NCBI GenBank assembly: GCA_951812955.1
Contig: OX638340.1
Coordinates: 1,664,001 to 1,728,000 of the forward strand
Direction of reading: 5' to 3'
Length of the DNA: 64,000 bases
Source of the DNA: an uncultured Gemmatimonadota bacterium
GTDB taxonomy: Bacteria; JAAXHH01
Shown one piece after another: positions 39,153-48,495 of the stretch (its first letter is position 1; each line of letters starts with the position of its first letter). Both the position numbers and the translations under genes were made by a program. Below the pieces are notes generated by a model, which was not told the origin of the DNA, searched no databases, and saw only the letters and a list, made by a program, of their open reading frames with translations.

Positions 39153-40835
39153 TTAGCTATTGGGCATAGATGTAGGATGTATCTGGTCAAGTGAAGTCTT
39201 AAAGTCCTTTATTTCATAAAGTATAAATCGATCCGCATCATTCAATAAACCACGTAAACGATTCCCATAGTCTATATCGAGATGTTTCTGGCCACCGTGT
39301 ATTATTGAGTGTATTAAAAAACTCCTCATGTATCCTTCATCACCACTTTCATTAAGACGACTGACTTCTCTAAGTACAACTTCGAACATTTCAACAATAA
39401 ACCTATACTCAAATCGCTCAGATTCCAAGATTGTGGCGAGACAAGTCCCAAGTGCAACTGCAGAAGACAAAGGGATGTTATCGTTTGGAAGTGACCAAGT
39501 ATTCCAATCAAGAATTACCCCGTTGTTTTGCTTTGGTAGGTTTCTATGGTGTGAGTCATCTGGTAATTCAGAAACTAGATGAATCCAACTACATAAAGTG
39601 CTTAATACCACATAAACCAATCTAGCCGATCGTGTTGGGAATTCGTCTGTAGTATCCACAGATGGATCAGACGAATCATAGGAACCTTCCAAAGCATCGA
39701 TAACAGACGTCATGTAATAAAGCCACATATGCCATGTAACACCCTGATAGGCTGCGGCTTTAACCATAAGGTCGAAAAACACAACTCCGACAAACACACC
39801 ATTCTCCCAACACTCATAATCGAATTCAACCGCAGTACCCTGTAAGTAATCTACAAAATCAGAAGACTTGTTTGGATTCAGTAACTGTAGGATATGCTTC
39901 CCAACCGGTTGCCATACTTCCAGTTGTAGCGCTATGTTTGCATTCGAAAAGAGAAAATACAAGAGACGATTGCTTACAGGAAACTCATAGCCATGTTGGT
40001 AAGAAATGTTCTGGTTGTATTGGATTTCTTGGTATAGAACGCTTCCTGTGTCAGCGATTAACAGGCTTAAGTATTTTTCAGAAAACTGACGACTACCAAA
40101 TATGTCCTGGTAAATCAGCGGAATCGCAAAGTACGGTCTATTTGTTGCGATATAAACCCGAAGTTCTTCGGACTGAAAAAACACGCGCGCGATGTTTTCC
40201 GCAGAATCTTGAGCACTGTACTGACTAGGTACAATAAACGCTAGTTTACCAAGCCATCGTCGCCCCACTTTAAACAAACCACTTCGATGTGTTGCTGCAG
40301 ATTGTGATTCCTGATCCAAAACCGTGTATCTTAATGCCGCAATATCTCCTTGCATGGCCCCCAAATTGTCATGATGTCGTTGTAAAAACAGCTTTCGATG
40401 TGATGCCTTCCCAATTACTGGTAAATAGGGTTCGATGAATTCAAGCAATTCAGAATACCGCTTTTCAAGCGATAACCGATCTACTATTCGAGCGATTCTT
40501 ACTAGCAAAAAGGACGAGAATAGCCTCGGGATGCTCAAGTGTATTACTATAGCAAAGATGATCCAAAACAAGACTACGAAAAAGGCAACACCGGAGGGAG
40601 AAAGTGGGCTGGATTCTTTGAAAACAATCCACGTGCATAAACTACCTAGAACAGCTGGGCAAGGTTGCCCAAAAACTTCGAAAAACTCAAGATAAACTAC
40701 TATGAAAAGCGAAACTAACGCTAGTGGGATCTGAAGGACAATGACCAGCTTAGCACGTAGTTTATCAACATGCGTGGCAAGTGTATATGCAGCTAGTACT
40801 AGAGTTAAGAATGTTAGAAAACCGTCTAGGGTCAT
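39153..40835 (-). CDS. hypothetical protein: N-terminal multi-TM segment plus a ~400-aa soluble domain, in an AT-rich islet
   Basis: Long ORF whose GC (~40%) is far below the contig's. Four to five N-terminal TM helices. No recognisable motifs. Confidence 0.55.
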   Translation of the reverse strand: MTLDGFLTFLTLVLAAYTLATHVDKLRAKLVIVLQIPLALVSLFIVVYLEFFEVFGQPCPAVLGSLCTWIVFKESSPLSPSGVAFFVVLFWIIFAIVIHLSIPRLFSSFLLVRIARIVDRLSLEKRYSELLEFIEPYLPVIGKASHRKLFLQRHHDNLGAMQGDIAALRYTVLDQESQSAATHRSGLFKVGRRWLGKLAFIVPSQYSAQDSAENIARVFFQSEELRVYIATNRPYFAIPLIYQDIFGSRQFSEKYLSLLIADTGSVLYQEIQYNQNISYQHGYEFPVSNRLLYFLFSNANIALQLEVWQPVGKHILQLLNPNKSSDFVDYLQGTAVEFDYECWENGVFVGVVFFDLMVKAAAYQGVTWHMWLYYMTSVIDALEGSYDSSDPSVDTTDEFPTRSARLVYVVLSTLCSWIHLVSELPDDSHHRNLPKQNNGVILDWNTWSLPNDNIPLSSAVALGTCLATILESERFEYRFIVEMFEVVLREVSRLNESGDEGYMRSFLIHSIIHGGQKHLDIDYGNRLRGLLNDADRFILYEIKDFKTSLDQIHPTSMPNS

Positions 40836-40933
40836 TTCAACAATCCTTCTCTTAGTAAATGGGTTTACTTCCAGTCAGGAACTCTAAAGAGCATATAAAA
40901 TAGAGTTTTTAAAAAGATCATATGGTTCTTTTA

Positions 40934-42100
40934 CTACGCTTTCTCCAACGCCTGGTCCAGATCGGCGATGATGTCGTCCGGGTCTTCCAGGCCCACCGAA
41001 ACGCGCGCTCTAAAACCGCCATCCGCGCTCTCGCCCGAGGGCAGGATCAACGTCTCCACATCGCCCAGACTATACCACGGCTTGCACATCTTTAGCCGGC
41101 CTAAAAAGCGGTCGAGCGAGACGCCGGGCTTGGAGACGAACCGCATCATTCCCCCAAAACCGTGCAGGTATCCGGTCGCGACCTCGTGATTCGGGTGTGA
41201 GGTCAGGCCCAGGTAGTCGACACGGGTGATCTTTTTGTGCTGGTCCAGGTACTCCGCCACCTTCTGGCCGCTGCCGCAGTGCCGCTCCATCCTGAAGGCC
41301 AGCGTCTTGAGGCCCCGGTGTACGAGGAAGGCGTTCATGGGCGCCAGCACGCCACCCATGAGGATCCGCATAAAATGTATCTGCTTCCTGATCTCTTCGT
41401 CGCGGCCGGAGACGATCCCGGCAAGGGCGTCACCGTGCCCGGCCATGTACTTCGTCATGGCGTGGAGGACCACGTCGGCGCCGTAGTGCAGAGGCCGCAG
41501 CAGGTAGGGCGATAGAAAGGTGTTGTCGACCACCACCAGGGCTCCAGCTTCATGGGCCATGTCCGTGGCGCGTGCTAGATCGATGAATTCCATGGAGTGG
41601 GCGTACGGTTCGAAATAGACCATCCTGGTCGGCTTTTTAAGCGCGGTTTCGAGTGCGTTCAGTTCGCACAGGTTTACCATCTGGACTTCCACGCCCCACT
41701 TCGTCGGCAGCACGTCCTGGAACAGCATGTGGGTCCCGGCATAAACGGTCTCGTGACAGACCACCCGGTCGCCGCTTTTAAGCAGGCCGAACAAGGTCTG
41801 GCTGACCGCCGACATGCCGCACGAGGTCGCCTGCGCCCACTCCGCGCCTTCGAGGATCCGCACCTGTTCTTCGAGCGCGCCGCTGGTGGGACCGCCCGCC
41901 TTGTCCAATCCCCGGCCGTAGGAGTTCGTCCCCTCGTAACCCTCGCGGTAGTTGGTGTTTCCCTGGTAGATCGGCACCGAAGACGACGTGCCATGGTACC
42001 CGCCGTGGATGGCGTCCGTGGTAAAATCCCGGTTGTCGGCCGACTGGTAGTCATCGGCTGCGAAACGGAGGTCGTTACGGAGGTCGTGGTTGTTGGGCAT
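40934..42100 (-). CDS. Cys/Met-metabolism PLP-dependent enzyme (methionine gamma-lyase / cystathionine gamma-synthase family)
   Basis: PLP-lysine motif AMTKYMAGHGD and the trans-sulfuration fold family. Confidence 0.8.
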   Translation of the reverse strand: MPNNHDLRNDLRFAADDYQSADNRDFTTDAIHGGYHGTSSSVPIYQGNTNYREGYEGTNSYGRGLDKAGGPTSGALEEQVRILEGAEWAQATSCGMSAVSQTLFGLLKSGDRVVCHETVYAGTHMLFQDVLPTKWGVEVQMVNLCELNALETALKKPTRMVYFEPYAHSMEFIDLARATDMAHEAGALVVVDNTFLSPYLLRPLHYGADVVLHAMTKYMAGHGDALAGIVSGRDEEIRKQIHFMRILMGGVLAPMNAFLVHRGLKTLAFRMERHCGSGQKVAEYLDQHKKITRVDYLGLTSHPNHEVATGYLHGFGGMMRFVSKPGVSLDRFLGRLKMCKPWYSLGDVETLILPSGESADGGFRARVSVGLEDPDDIIADLDQALEKA

Positions 42101-42242
42101 AGTAAGAATCCCTCAGTTAAACACTACGGGGCTATGGTGGAGTCTGGACCAATGCAGAACCAGTGGACAAACAGATCGAGAAAGAACCCGGGTTCTTGAC
42201 TGGTTTAAGGTAAATGGGGGTTAAAGGGGGTCAAGCCATATC

Positions 42243-42325
42243 AGTCGTGCTTCGTGGGATGTCGAGATCATGATTCCACGCTATATCATTCAGGTTATTA
42301 CGATTTCATTCGGCATTAACGTTTG
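42243..42325 (+). pseudogene. remnant of a HigB-family toxin C-terminus (…ASWDVEI…) upstream of an orphan HigA
   Basis: A short open frame encodes SRASWDVEI, which resembles the conserved HigB C-terminal (A)WDVEI(x)DYH block. The frame is closed by an upstream TAA, so no full toxin ORF exists. Confidence 0.35.
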
Positions 42326-42347
42326 ACGTTAATAACACGTAACGTTA
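42315..42347. promoter_or_regulatory. palindromic operator-like sites (ATTAACG-N5-CGTTAAT and TAACGTTA) upstream of the HigA-family gene
   Basis: Perfect inverted repeats seen at 42315-42333 and 42340-42347, in an AT-rich stretch ~80-110 nt upstream of the HigA ATG. Confidence 0.4.
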
Positions 42348-42426
42348 TTATTGTATTAGCATGATGATATCGTTCAAAGACCATTTTCGTACAGTCGAAC
42401 TTGTCGATTACCATTAGGAGTCAGAT

Positions 42427-42732
42427 ATGCCTTCCGACTTGATGCACCCAATTCATCCCGGTGAGATCCTCAAGGAAGAGTTTCTGGAACCATTAGGCCT
42501 GAGTCAGTATCGTGTCGCTGTGGACATTTCAGTTCCACCGCGCCGTATAAACGAAATCGTTCACGGCAAACGCTCTATATCCGCTGACACGGCATTACGG
42601 CTGGCACGCTATTTCGGAACTACGGATCGTTTCTGGCTGAACCTACAGACACACTACGACCTGGAGAAGGAAAGAGATCGCTTAGGAAATCGATTGGAGA
42701 CCGAGGTACTTGTACTGGAGCGATCGAACTGA
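42427..42732 (+). CDS. higA: HigA-family antitoxin / XRE-type HTH protein (COG3093-like)
   Basis: Canonical HigA N-terminus HPGEILKEEFLEPLGLSQYRVA...PRRINEIVHGKRSISADTALRLARYFGT...FWLNLQTHYDL. Confidence 0.8.
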   Translation: MPSDLMHPIHPGEILKEEFLEPLGLSQYRVAVDISVPPRRINEIVHGKRSISADTALRLARYFGTTDRFWLNLQTHYDLEKERDRLGNRLETEVLVLERSN

Positions 42733-42746
42733 AGCCGCAAAAGTTT

Positions 42747-43751
42747 ATGTCTCAACACCCGGCATCTCTTACCAAACTACTGCACAAAGCCAGTATTAAG
42801 CGCGGGGGCATTCGATGCGTAGAACCGATCGGCGATGGCGTAACCAACCGGACCCTATTGGTTACTCTGAAGGACGGCAAGCGCTACGTCCTACGCGAAT
42901 ACGATTGGCCTTACCCTTCAAGTGATAATCTCCAAAGACTCGATAAAGAGGTTTATCTACACAATCTGCTTCTAAAATACGATGTACCGGTTCCGTCCAT
43001 CGTTGCCAGTCACGACGATGGAAGTAACTGTGCCGTGCTGATGGAGTATATGCCAGGATTGCTTCTTGGAAATGTTGTAGATACCCTGACTGAAGTACAA
43101 CGGGCTCAAGCCTGGCGGGCTGCCGGAACAGCTTTACGGAATGTTCATTCGATCCGGCTGCTTGATGGCTGTTCGGGCGTGATCGTCGGTGAGCGCGTCC
43201 AGCCTTTTGAAGAAGGATCCTGGGGAGACTTTCATTTCCATCAGGCTATACAGCATGCGAATCACCTACTGAAGCGGGATGTGGGATTGCATTTCGACCT
43301 GCCGTCGATGAAGAACGTATTGAAACAGGCGGTTCCCCTGCTGAACGAATCTCCGGTGGTCCTGCTGCACAACGACCCCCATCCCTGGAATGTGCTTGTT
43401 AACGAGGTAGCCGGCCATTGGACCTGTTCAGCATGGCTTGACTGGGAATACGCCTGGTCAGGAGACCCGGTCTGGGACCTTGTTCGGACCGATCTGTTCC
43501 GGTTGAAACGGATCGGTCCCACGCCGGACGCCTTCTACGAGGGATATGGCGCTTTCCCTCGAGAACCGAATCGAAGTATCTACGAACTTTCCATTAACCT
43601 TTGGATGGCCGACCAGTACCTGGATGGAGAAATAGACGAGGAACGGGTACTCATGCCCACCTACGAGGCGGCGATGCAGTACCTGGGCCGGATCGACGAA
43701 GCGGTGGTAAGGATCGGAAACGAGCTTGAAAGGGCTGACCGGCTGCCTTGA
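42747..43751 (+). CDS. phosphotransferase-family (APH/choline-kinase-like) kinase
   Basis: Brenner motif HNDPHPWNVLV and the D-x-E/D motif LDWEYAWSGDP. Starts 15 nt after the HigA-like gene. Confidence 0.75.
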   Translation: MSQHPASLTKLLHKASIKRGGIRCVEPIGDGVTNRTLLVTLKDGKRYVLREYDWPYPSSDNLQRLDKEVYLHNLLLKYDVPVPSIVASHDDGSNCAVLMEYMPGLLLGNVVDTLTEVQRAQAWRAAGTALRNVHSIRLLDGCSGVIVGERVQPFEEGSWGDFHFHQAIQHANHLLKRDVGLHFDLPSMKNVLKQAVPLLNESPVVLLHNDPHPWNVLVNEVAGHWTCSAWLDWEYAWSGDPVWDLVRTDLFRLKRIGPTPDAFYEGYGAFPREPNRSIYELSINLWMADQYLDGEIDEERVLMPTYEAAMQYLGRIDEAVVRIGNELERADRLP

Positions 43752-43789
43752 AACGGGTGAGGAGTTGGTAGTCTTACTGTAAAAGGAAT

Positions 43790-44227
43790 GTGATCATGGA
43801 TTCGGTTTTCACAAGGATTATCCGAGGGGAGTTGCCCGCTTACTTCGTATGGCGTGATGACCAAGTGGTCGCGTTCCTTTCCAAGTCGCCCTACAGTACT
43901 GGGCATACGCTGGTTGTCCCGCGATTGGAGGTCGATCACTGGATTGATCTTGAACCGGCGCTGCTGCGACGGATCATGACGGTCTCGCAGGAGGTGGGAA
44001 AGGCTATTCAGCAGGCGTTCAACCCGGCCAAAGTGGGCATGCTGATCGGGGGATTGGAAGTCCGCCACGTACATGTGCATCTGTCACCGGTGAATTCCGT
44101 CCACGACTTTGACTATGATCGCCAGCAATTGAGCCCGGTTCCAGAGTCACTCGAGCAGGCCGCTAGAAAGATCCGTGCCGCGCTAGTGGAACTGGGACAT
44201 GCTTCGGTTGTACCAGGAGATGATTGA
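43790..44227 (+). CDS. HIT (histidine triad) family protein
   Basis: HIT motif RHVHVHL and an N-terminal IIRGELPA. Confidence 0.8.
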   Translation: MIMDSVFTRIIRGELPAYFVWRDDQVVAFLSKSPYSTGHTLVVPRLEVDHWIDLEPALLRRIMTVSQEVGKAIQQAFNPAKVGMLIGGLEVRHVHVHLSPVNSVHDFDYDRQQLSPVPESLEQAARKIRAALVELGHASVVPGDD

Positions 44228-44440
44228 TCAGCCCCGATCAGGTTTCCACTCTTCCCTCTCCGCTCCCTAGCCCCGATCCGTGCCGCATTGGCCTATGAGA
44301 CTATCTGAACGGTTTTCCCTCTCGTATTCCTTGACATATACTAAACAAATGATTAGTTTATCTGTAGAATGAGTTCCAGTATGGCGTTCCCATATCTCGT
44401 CCCGCCGACGTCCTGGGCAACCACTACGAGAGGAGATTAA

Positions 44441-45367
44441 ATGTACACCGCGTACACGGGGAGCAGCCACTACTGCTATAGCAACAGTCTTCACATGTGC
44501 CTGAAGCAGGCAGGTATGGTCGATCTCCCGGAGCCCGGCCTGTTGGAATGCATGACAGGCATGCCGTTCGGTACCCTTTTCCTGAAGTTTGAAACGCCTC
44601 TGTTCTTCCCAAGTCACGCCGACCTAAACCCACACAGTGGGCTGTCCCGTGCCCTAAGCATCCTGGGCTGGAACTGTACCTTGTGGCAGGGTGACAATGC
44701 TGAATCTGCCCTCGATGCATTGAAGGAAAACCTGAAGAAGGGTCCCGTGCTGCTTGGTCCCCTGGACCTGGGCTACCTTCCCTATGATCCGAATCACAAG
44801 ATGAAGCGCGGGGGAGACCATTTCATTGTAGTCCTGAAACTCGAAGGCGACCGGGTGCAAGTGCATGACCCGCAGTTCTATCCTTTCGCCGTACTGCCGG
44901 TAGATGACCTCATGCGCGCGTGGAATGCCACTAATCTCGGCTACGCGACTTGCGCATATACCCTGCGCGGCGATTTTCGGGAAGAGCGTCGGGTGTCGAC
45001 CGATGACATGCTGAAGGATATCCTGGAATACGCACGGGAGCTGATACATGCGGCCCCCTCCGGTCCGGTCTTTTTTGGCGGTTCGAAGGCCTTCCGCCTG
45101 GCTGCAGAAGTGATCCGGGGTAAACCGCCGCAAGGTTTCGCTGGCATGCTGGTCCATTTCGTCCTTCCGATAGGCGCCCGACGCACCCTGGATGCGGCTG
45201 ATTTCATGAAGTCGGCGGGCCAGACGGAAGCCGCGGAGTGGATGGTAAAGAAAGCCGAGTCATACGGCCTGGCGCAATATCATGCCACGCAGGAGGACTG
45301 GAAACGCACGGAAGCGCTTTTCGAAGAGTTGGCGGAGATTGAAGACAGCATCGCGGAGTGTGTCTGA
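44441..45367 (+). CDS. BtrH N-terminal domain-like protein (papain-like fold, DUF4872-type C-terminus)
   Basis: N-terminal HYCYSNSLHMCL resembles the BtrH_N Cys-containing block. Length ~308 aa. Confidence 0.5.
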   Translation: MYTAYTGSSHYCYSNSLHMCLKQAGMVDLPEPGLLECMTGMPFGTLFLKFETPLFFPSHADLNPHSGLSRALSILGWNCTLWQGDNAESALDALKENLKKGPVLLGPLDLGYLPYDPNHKMKRGGDHFIVVLKLEGDRVQVHDPQFYPFAVLPVDDLMRAWNATNLGYATCAYTLRGDFREERRVSTDDMLKDILEYARELIHAAPSGPVFFGGSKAFRLAAEVIRGKPPQGFAGMLVHFVLPIGARRTLDAADFMKSAGQTEAAEWMVKKAESYGLAQYHATQEDWKRTEALFEELAEIEDSIAECV

Positions 45368-45433
45368 TTGAATAGCCTGGCACGACCACCAGGTATTTTA
45401 TATTTGCTCTTCATCCTTAACTAGGGTCAGTAC

Positions 45434-45853
45434 ATGAAGATCAACCATCTCTCCATTACAGCCAGAAATCCGGAACAGGTCGCCATGATCCTGGCGGAGC
45501 TTACGGGCGGGACCGCAAGCCCCTTCCCTTCCAAGACCATGGAAGGTGCGTGGTTGTGTGTATGGGACAAGCAGGCAGGCGAATTGATCGAGGTGATACC
45601 GGACCGTTACTTGCTCCAACCGGGCAAATACGCCGCAGAATACCGGTTGCTCGAAGTCGGTCAGAACTTCAACTCAACACATTTTATGCTTGAAACAGAG
45701 CAAAGCCTCGACCACTTGAAAGCAGTGGCAGATAAACATGAACTCTACCACCGATTTCGGCCGAGGCTAGGCGGACCTCTCTATGAAATTTGGATCGAAT
45801 CCCAGATCCTGGTTGAATTCGTGTCCGACGAGATCAGGAACCTCGAGTCCTGA
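45434..45853 (+). CDS. VOC (glyoxalase/bleomycin-resistance-like) family protein, tentative
   Basis: Small beta-alpha-beta-beta-beta-like protein beginning MKINHLSI. Weak assignment. Confidence 0.4.
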   Translation: MKINHLSITARNPEQVAMILAELTGGTASPFPSKTMEGAWLCVWDKQAGELIEVIPDRYLLQPGKYAAEYRLLEVGQNFNSTHFMLETEQSLDHLKAVADKHELYHRFRPRLGGPLYEIWIESQILVEFVSDEIRNLES

Positions 45854-45886
45854 ATTCAAGGTCGAATCAAGGTCGAACTCGGCTGA

Positions 45887-46462
45887 TCATTCCTCGATCA
45901 TACCCAGGATCTCTACCAGGTGATCGGTTGACGGCCGGTCAAAGGGATCGGAACCCACATACTTGAACCGAAGGACGCCTTCCTTGTCGATGATGAAGGC
46001 GGTGGGAATGACTTCCTCTCCTTTGTCGGTAGCTTTTTGAATCTTGAACTTCGTGGGTATGGCCCGGTCCGGGTCGGCAAGTACGGGGAAGGAAAGCGCT
46101 TCCCGGGTGACTTTCGACTTGGCGACGAAGTCTCTGGTCTGATCGAGATCTTCGGGATTGATGAAGAGTAGTTCCGTGCCCGTTTCAGCTATGCGTTCGT
46201 AGTCGGATTGCAACTGCCCCAGTTGCCGTAAGCAAAGGGGTCACCAGTAGCCGATCCAGCCACGGTCGACAACCACCAGGAGGTTCTTGCTGCCCCTGTA
46301 ATCGGCGAAGTTGACCGTCTCACCGTTGACGTCCTGCAGGCTGTACTCCGGCGCGGGCTGGCCTACCCTCGGAGCCAGATTTCTGGGTTGAGCGTCGGCG
46401 GTTTCCGCCACCAGGCCGACCAGCGCCAGGGCGAAGCACCACCGCGCTAATGCACGTACCAT
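45887..46462 (-). CDS. secreted redoxin (AhpC/TSA / thioredoxin-fold) protein with an in-frame TGA at the first position of the C-x-x-C motif: candidate selenoprotein (U-P-L-C)
   Basis: The two listed ORFs 46241..46627 and 45887..46213 share one frame and are separated only by a TGA (plus 46241-46243). Read through, the translation gives ...LLVVVDRGWIGYW-[TGA]-PLCLRQLGQ..., the W-C-P-x-C redoxin active site with TGA in place of TGC. Start at ATG 46462 with an AGGAGG ribosome-binding site and a signal peptide. A GCAACUG-GGG-CAGUUGC hairpin starts ~15 nt after the UGA. Confidence 0.55.
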
Positions 46463-46613
46463 AGTCTTCCTCCTCGATTGGATGTCATCCTTCTCGTTTC
46501 TATAGCAATTCGCTTGCGTTTTGTTCCCTTTAATATAACCTACCCCGGTACGCCTGTGAACTTCATTTTTAATGATACGCTGCATTGTGAAGGATAGGGA
46601 GGAGCCGTTTTCC

Positions 46614-47405
46614 ATGACACCGGGCATAACCCAACTCTGTCTCGGCCGCCAGGATCTTGAAGAGGATCTTTCCAGGACCCGTAACCTGGGCTATGAGGCC
46701 ATCGAACTGGTGTTTTCCGATGAGGGATCGCCGAACATAGACGCTTCGACATCGGAAATCGCCGCGGTCGCCGAAGCCTGCCGTAGACACGGACTCGATC
46801 TGTGTTCCATGATCGCCATCAGGAAAGATGCCGGTTCCCTGTTATCGCCGTCCGCGGCCGAACGGGCGAAGCGGGTCGCCATCCTCGAGCGGGGCTTTGA
46901 AATTGCCGAGATCCTTGGTGTGGACGCCCTGCTCCTGCATCCCGGGGCACTCGATCCGAAGAGTTCCTACAGCACGACCTGGGACAACTTCCGCGACGCC
47001 CTCCGCGATCTCGCCCCCTCAGCGGAGCGCCACGGTACCCGTATCGGCATCGAGAACGTGTGGAACCAGTTCTTGCTGAGTCCCCGGGAAGCCCGTCAAC
47101 TCGTCGACGAGGTCGGGTCGTCCGCCGTTGGGATCTACCTGGACACAGCCAACATGATCCTCTACGGATATCCGGACATGTGGATCCGGGAACTCGGAAG
47201 CCGGATATTCAAGGTGCACGTGAAGGATTTCCGCCGCGGGGAAGGCGCCTGGGTCCAGCTGATGGACGGCGACACGGACTGGCCGGCGGTCATGGCCGAA
47301 TTGCGCGGCATCGGATTCGACGGCGCCCTGGTGAGCGAAGTCGGCGGCGACGATGTCGCCATGCGGGAAACCGCCGAGCGCATCAGGCGGATCATCGCCC
47401 TGTAG
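46614..47405 (+). CDS. sugar phosphate isomerase/epimerase (xylose isomerase-like TIM barrel)
   Basis: AP-endonuclease-2 / XI-like TIM-barrel motifs (GYEAIEL, GIENVWN, YLDTANM). GGGAGGAG ribosome-binding site. Confidence 0.75.
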   Translation: MTPGITQLCLGRQDLEEDLSRTRNLGYEAIELVFSDEGSPNIDASTSEIAAVAEACRRHGLDLCSMIAIRKDAGSLLSPSAAERAKRVAILERGFEIAEILGVDALLLHPGALDPKSSYSTTWDNFRDALRDLAPSAERHGTRIGIENVWNQFLLSPREARQLVDEVGSSAVGIYLDTANMILYGYPDMWIRELGSRIFKVHVKDFRRGEGAWVQLMDGDTDWPAVMAELRGIGFDGALVSEVGGDDVAMRETAERIRRIIAL

Positions 47406-47517
47406 AACATGCGCTCCCCGGACCTCGACCGCGACTTTCTCACCGTCCAGACCAGCTGGCTTCTCACCACGCTTCCGACGGCAGACAGCCATCAGGGGGC
47501 CGAGTAAGGAACCGACG

Positions 47518-48495
47518 TCACCGTCTCGCCCAGACGGCTTCCGCGTACTTGATTACACCGTTTACGTAGGAGTCAATAGGGTTGTAACTGAAGATGGCCT
47601 TTCGTCGCGCGGCGTCGGCTGCACCGTATTTACCTCGTTCATTGAGGTATTTCGCGACGCTCATGATGGCGTCCGGCCACGAATGGAGATTGATCGTGCC
47701 GTCTCCATCACCGTCGGCCGCATGAGGCATGCTGGCCGGCATGAACTGCGGGTATCCGATGGCGCCGGCCCATGACCCGTGGAGGGACAGCGGGTCGACA
47801 CCCGTCGCCTTGCTGTGGCGGAGAAGCGCCACCAGGTTGCCTACGCACCTTCTACGTATCTTGGCAAAGCGTTCTTCCTGCTTCTTTGCTACCTCGGCGG
47901 AGGCCAGCGGATCGGCTTCGCCTCGCGCCGTAATCCGGCGGACCGCTGCCTGCTGCGCTTCTTCCATGTACAGCAACTGGGCGATCAGGACGTTGAACAC
48001 GCGGTAGTTGCCCGTGAACTCTCCCAGGCCCGATTCCCACATCAGAATAGACACGATATCCTTCCGGGCAACGCCGTACTTCTGTTCCGCCGCGTCCAGC
48101 AGGTCCTTCTTTTCTTCGAGAAAATCAACACCGCGCTTCACCCGCTTTTCAGTCAGGAACACGCGAGAGAAATCCTCGTGGGCCTTGTTCTGAATCGCGA
48201 CACTGCGGGGCGTGGCTACCTTGATCAACTGCGACGCGTAGACTTCACGGCTTTCGGGGCGGTCGAACAAGGCCAGGAATTCCGCCTCGGATACCGGCTG
48301 GCCGCCGCCCTGGGTGGACGCCAGGCGCTTGACGAGGTCCGGCAGGTAGGACGCTGCAGGATGGTTGCGCGGCAGGTCGACAATTGCCGATTTCTGAATC
48401 TCCCAAGACTGGGGTGGCTCCATGGCCGCGACGGCGTCCGGCCGATCAAGGAACGACGATACCAGGACAGCTAAGGCAACAGACCAGGTTTTCAT
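47518..48495 (-). CDS. mltB: lytic murein transglycosylase (MltB-like)
   Basis: Signal peptide and the MltB motifs (ILMWESGLGEFTG catalytic Glu region, GAIGYPQFMP, YNPIDSYV). Confidence 0.8.
   Translation of the reverse strand: MKTWSVALAVLVSSFLDRPDAVAAMEPPQSWEIQKSAIVDLPRNHPAASYLPDLVKRLASTQGGGQPVSEAEFLALFDRPESREVYASQLIKVATPRSVAIQNKAHEDFSRVFLTEKRVKRGVDFLEEKKDLLDAAEQKYGVARKDIVSILMWESGLGEFTGNYRVFNVLIAQLLYMEEAQQAAVRRITARGEADPLASAEVAKKQEERFAKIRRRCVGNLVALLRHSKATGVDPLSLHGSWAGAIGYPQFMPASMPHAADGDGDGTINLHSWPDAIMSVAKYLNERGKYGAADAARRKAIFSYNPIDSYVNGVIKYAEAVWARR

Noticed and set aside
39135-39155. Rho-independent terminator (AAACTGCAGTTT plus TTTTT) after nhaA
   Set aside because: The stem is AT-only and 4-6 bp, and the T-run overlaps the stop codon of the convergent gene. 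Too weak to call.
42269-42325. 18-aa ORF (MIPRYIIQVITISFGINV) upstream of the HigA-family gene
   Set aside because: Too short and without a ribosome-binding site. It is better explained as the tail of a decayed HigB gene than as a micro-protein.
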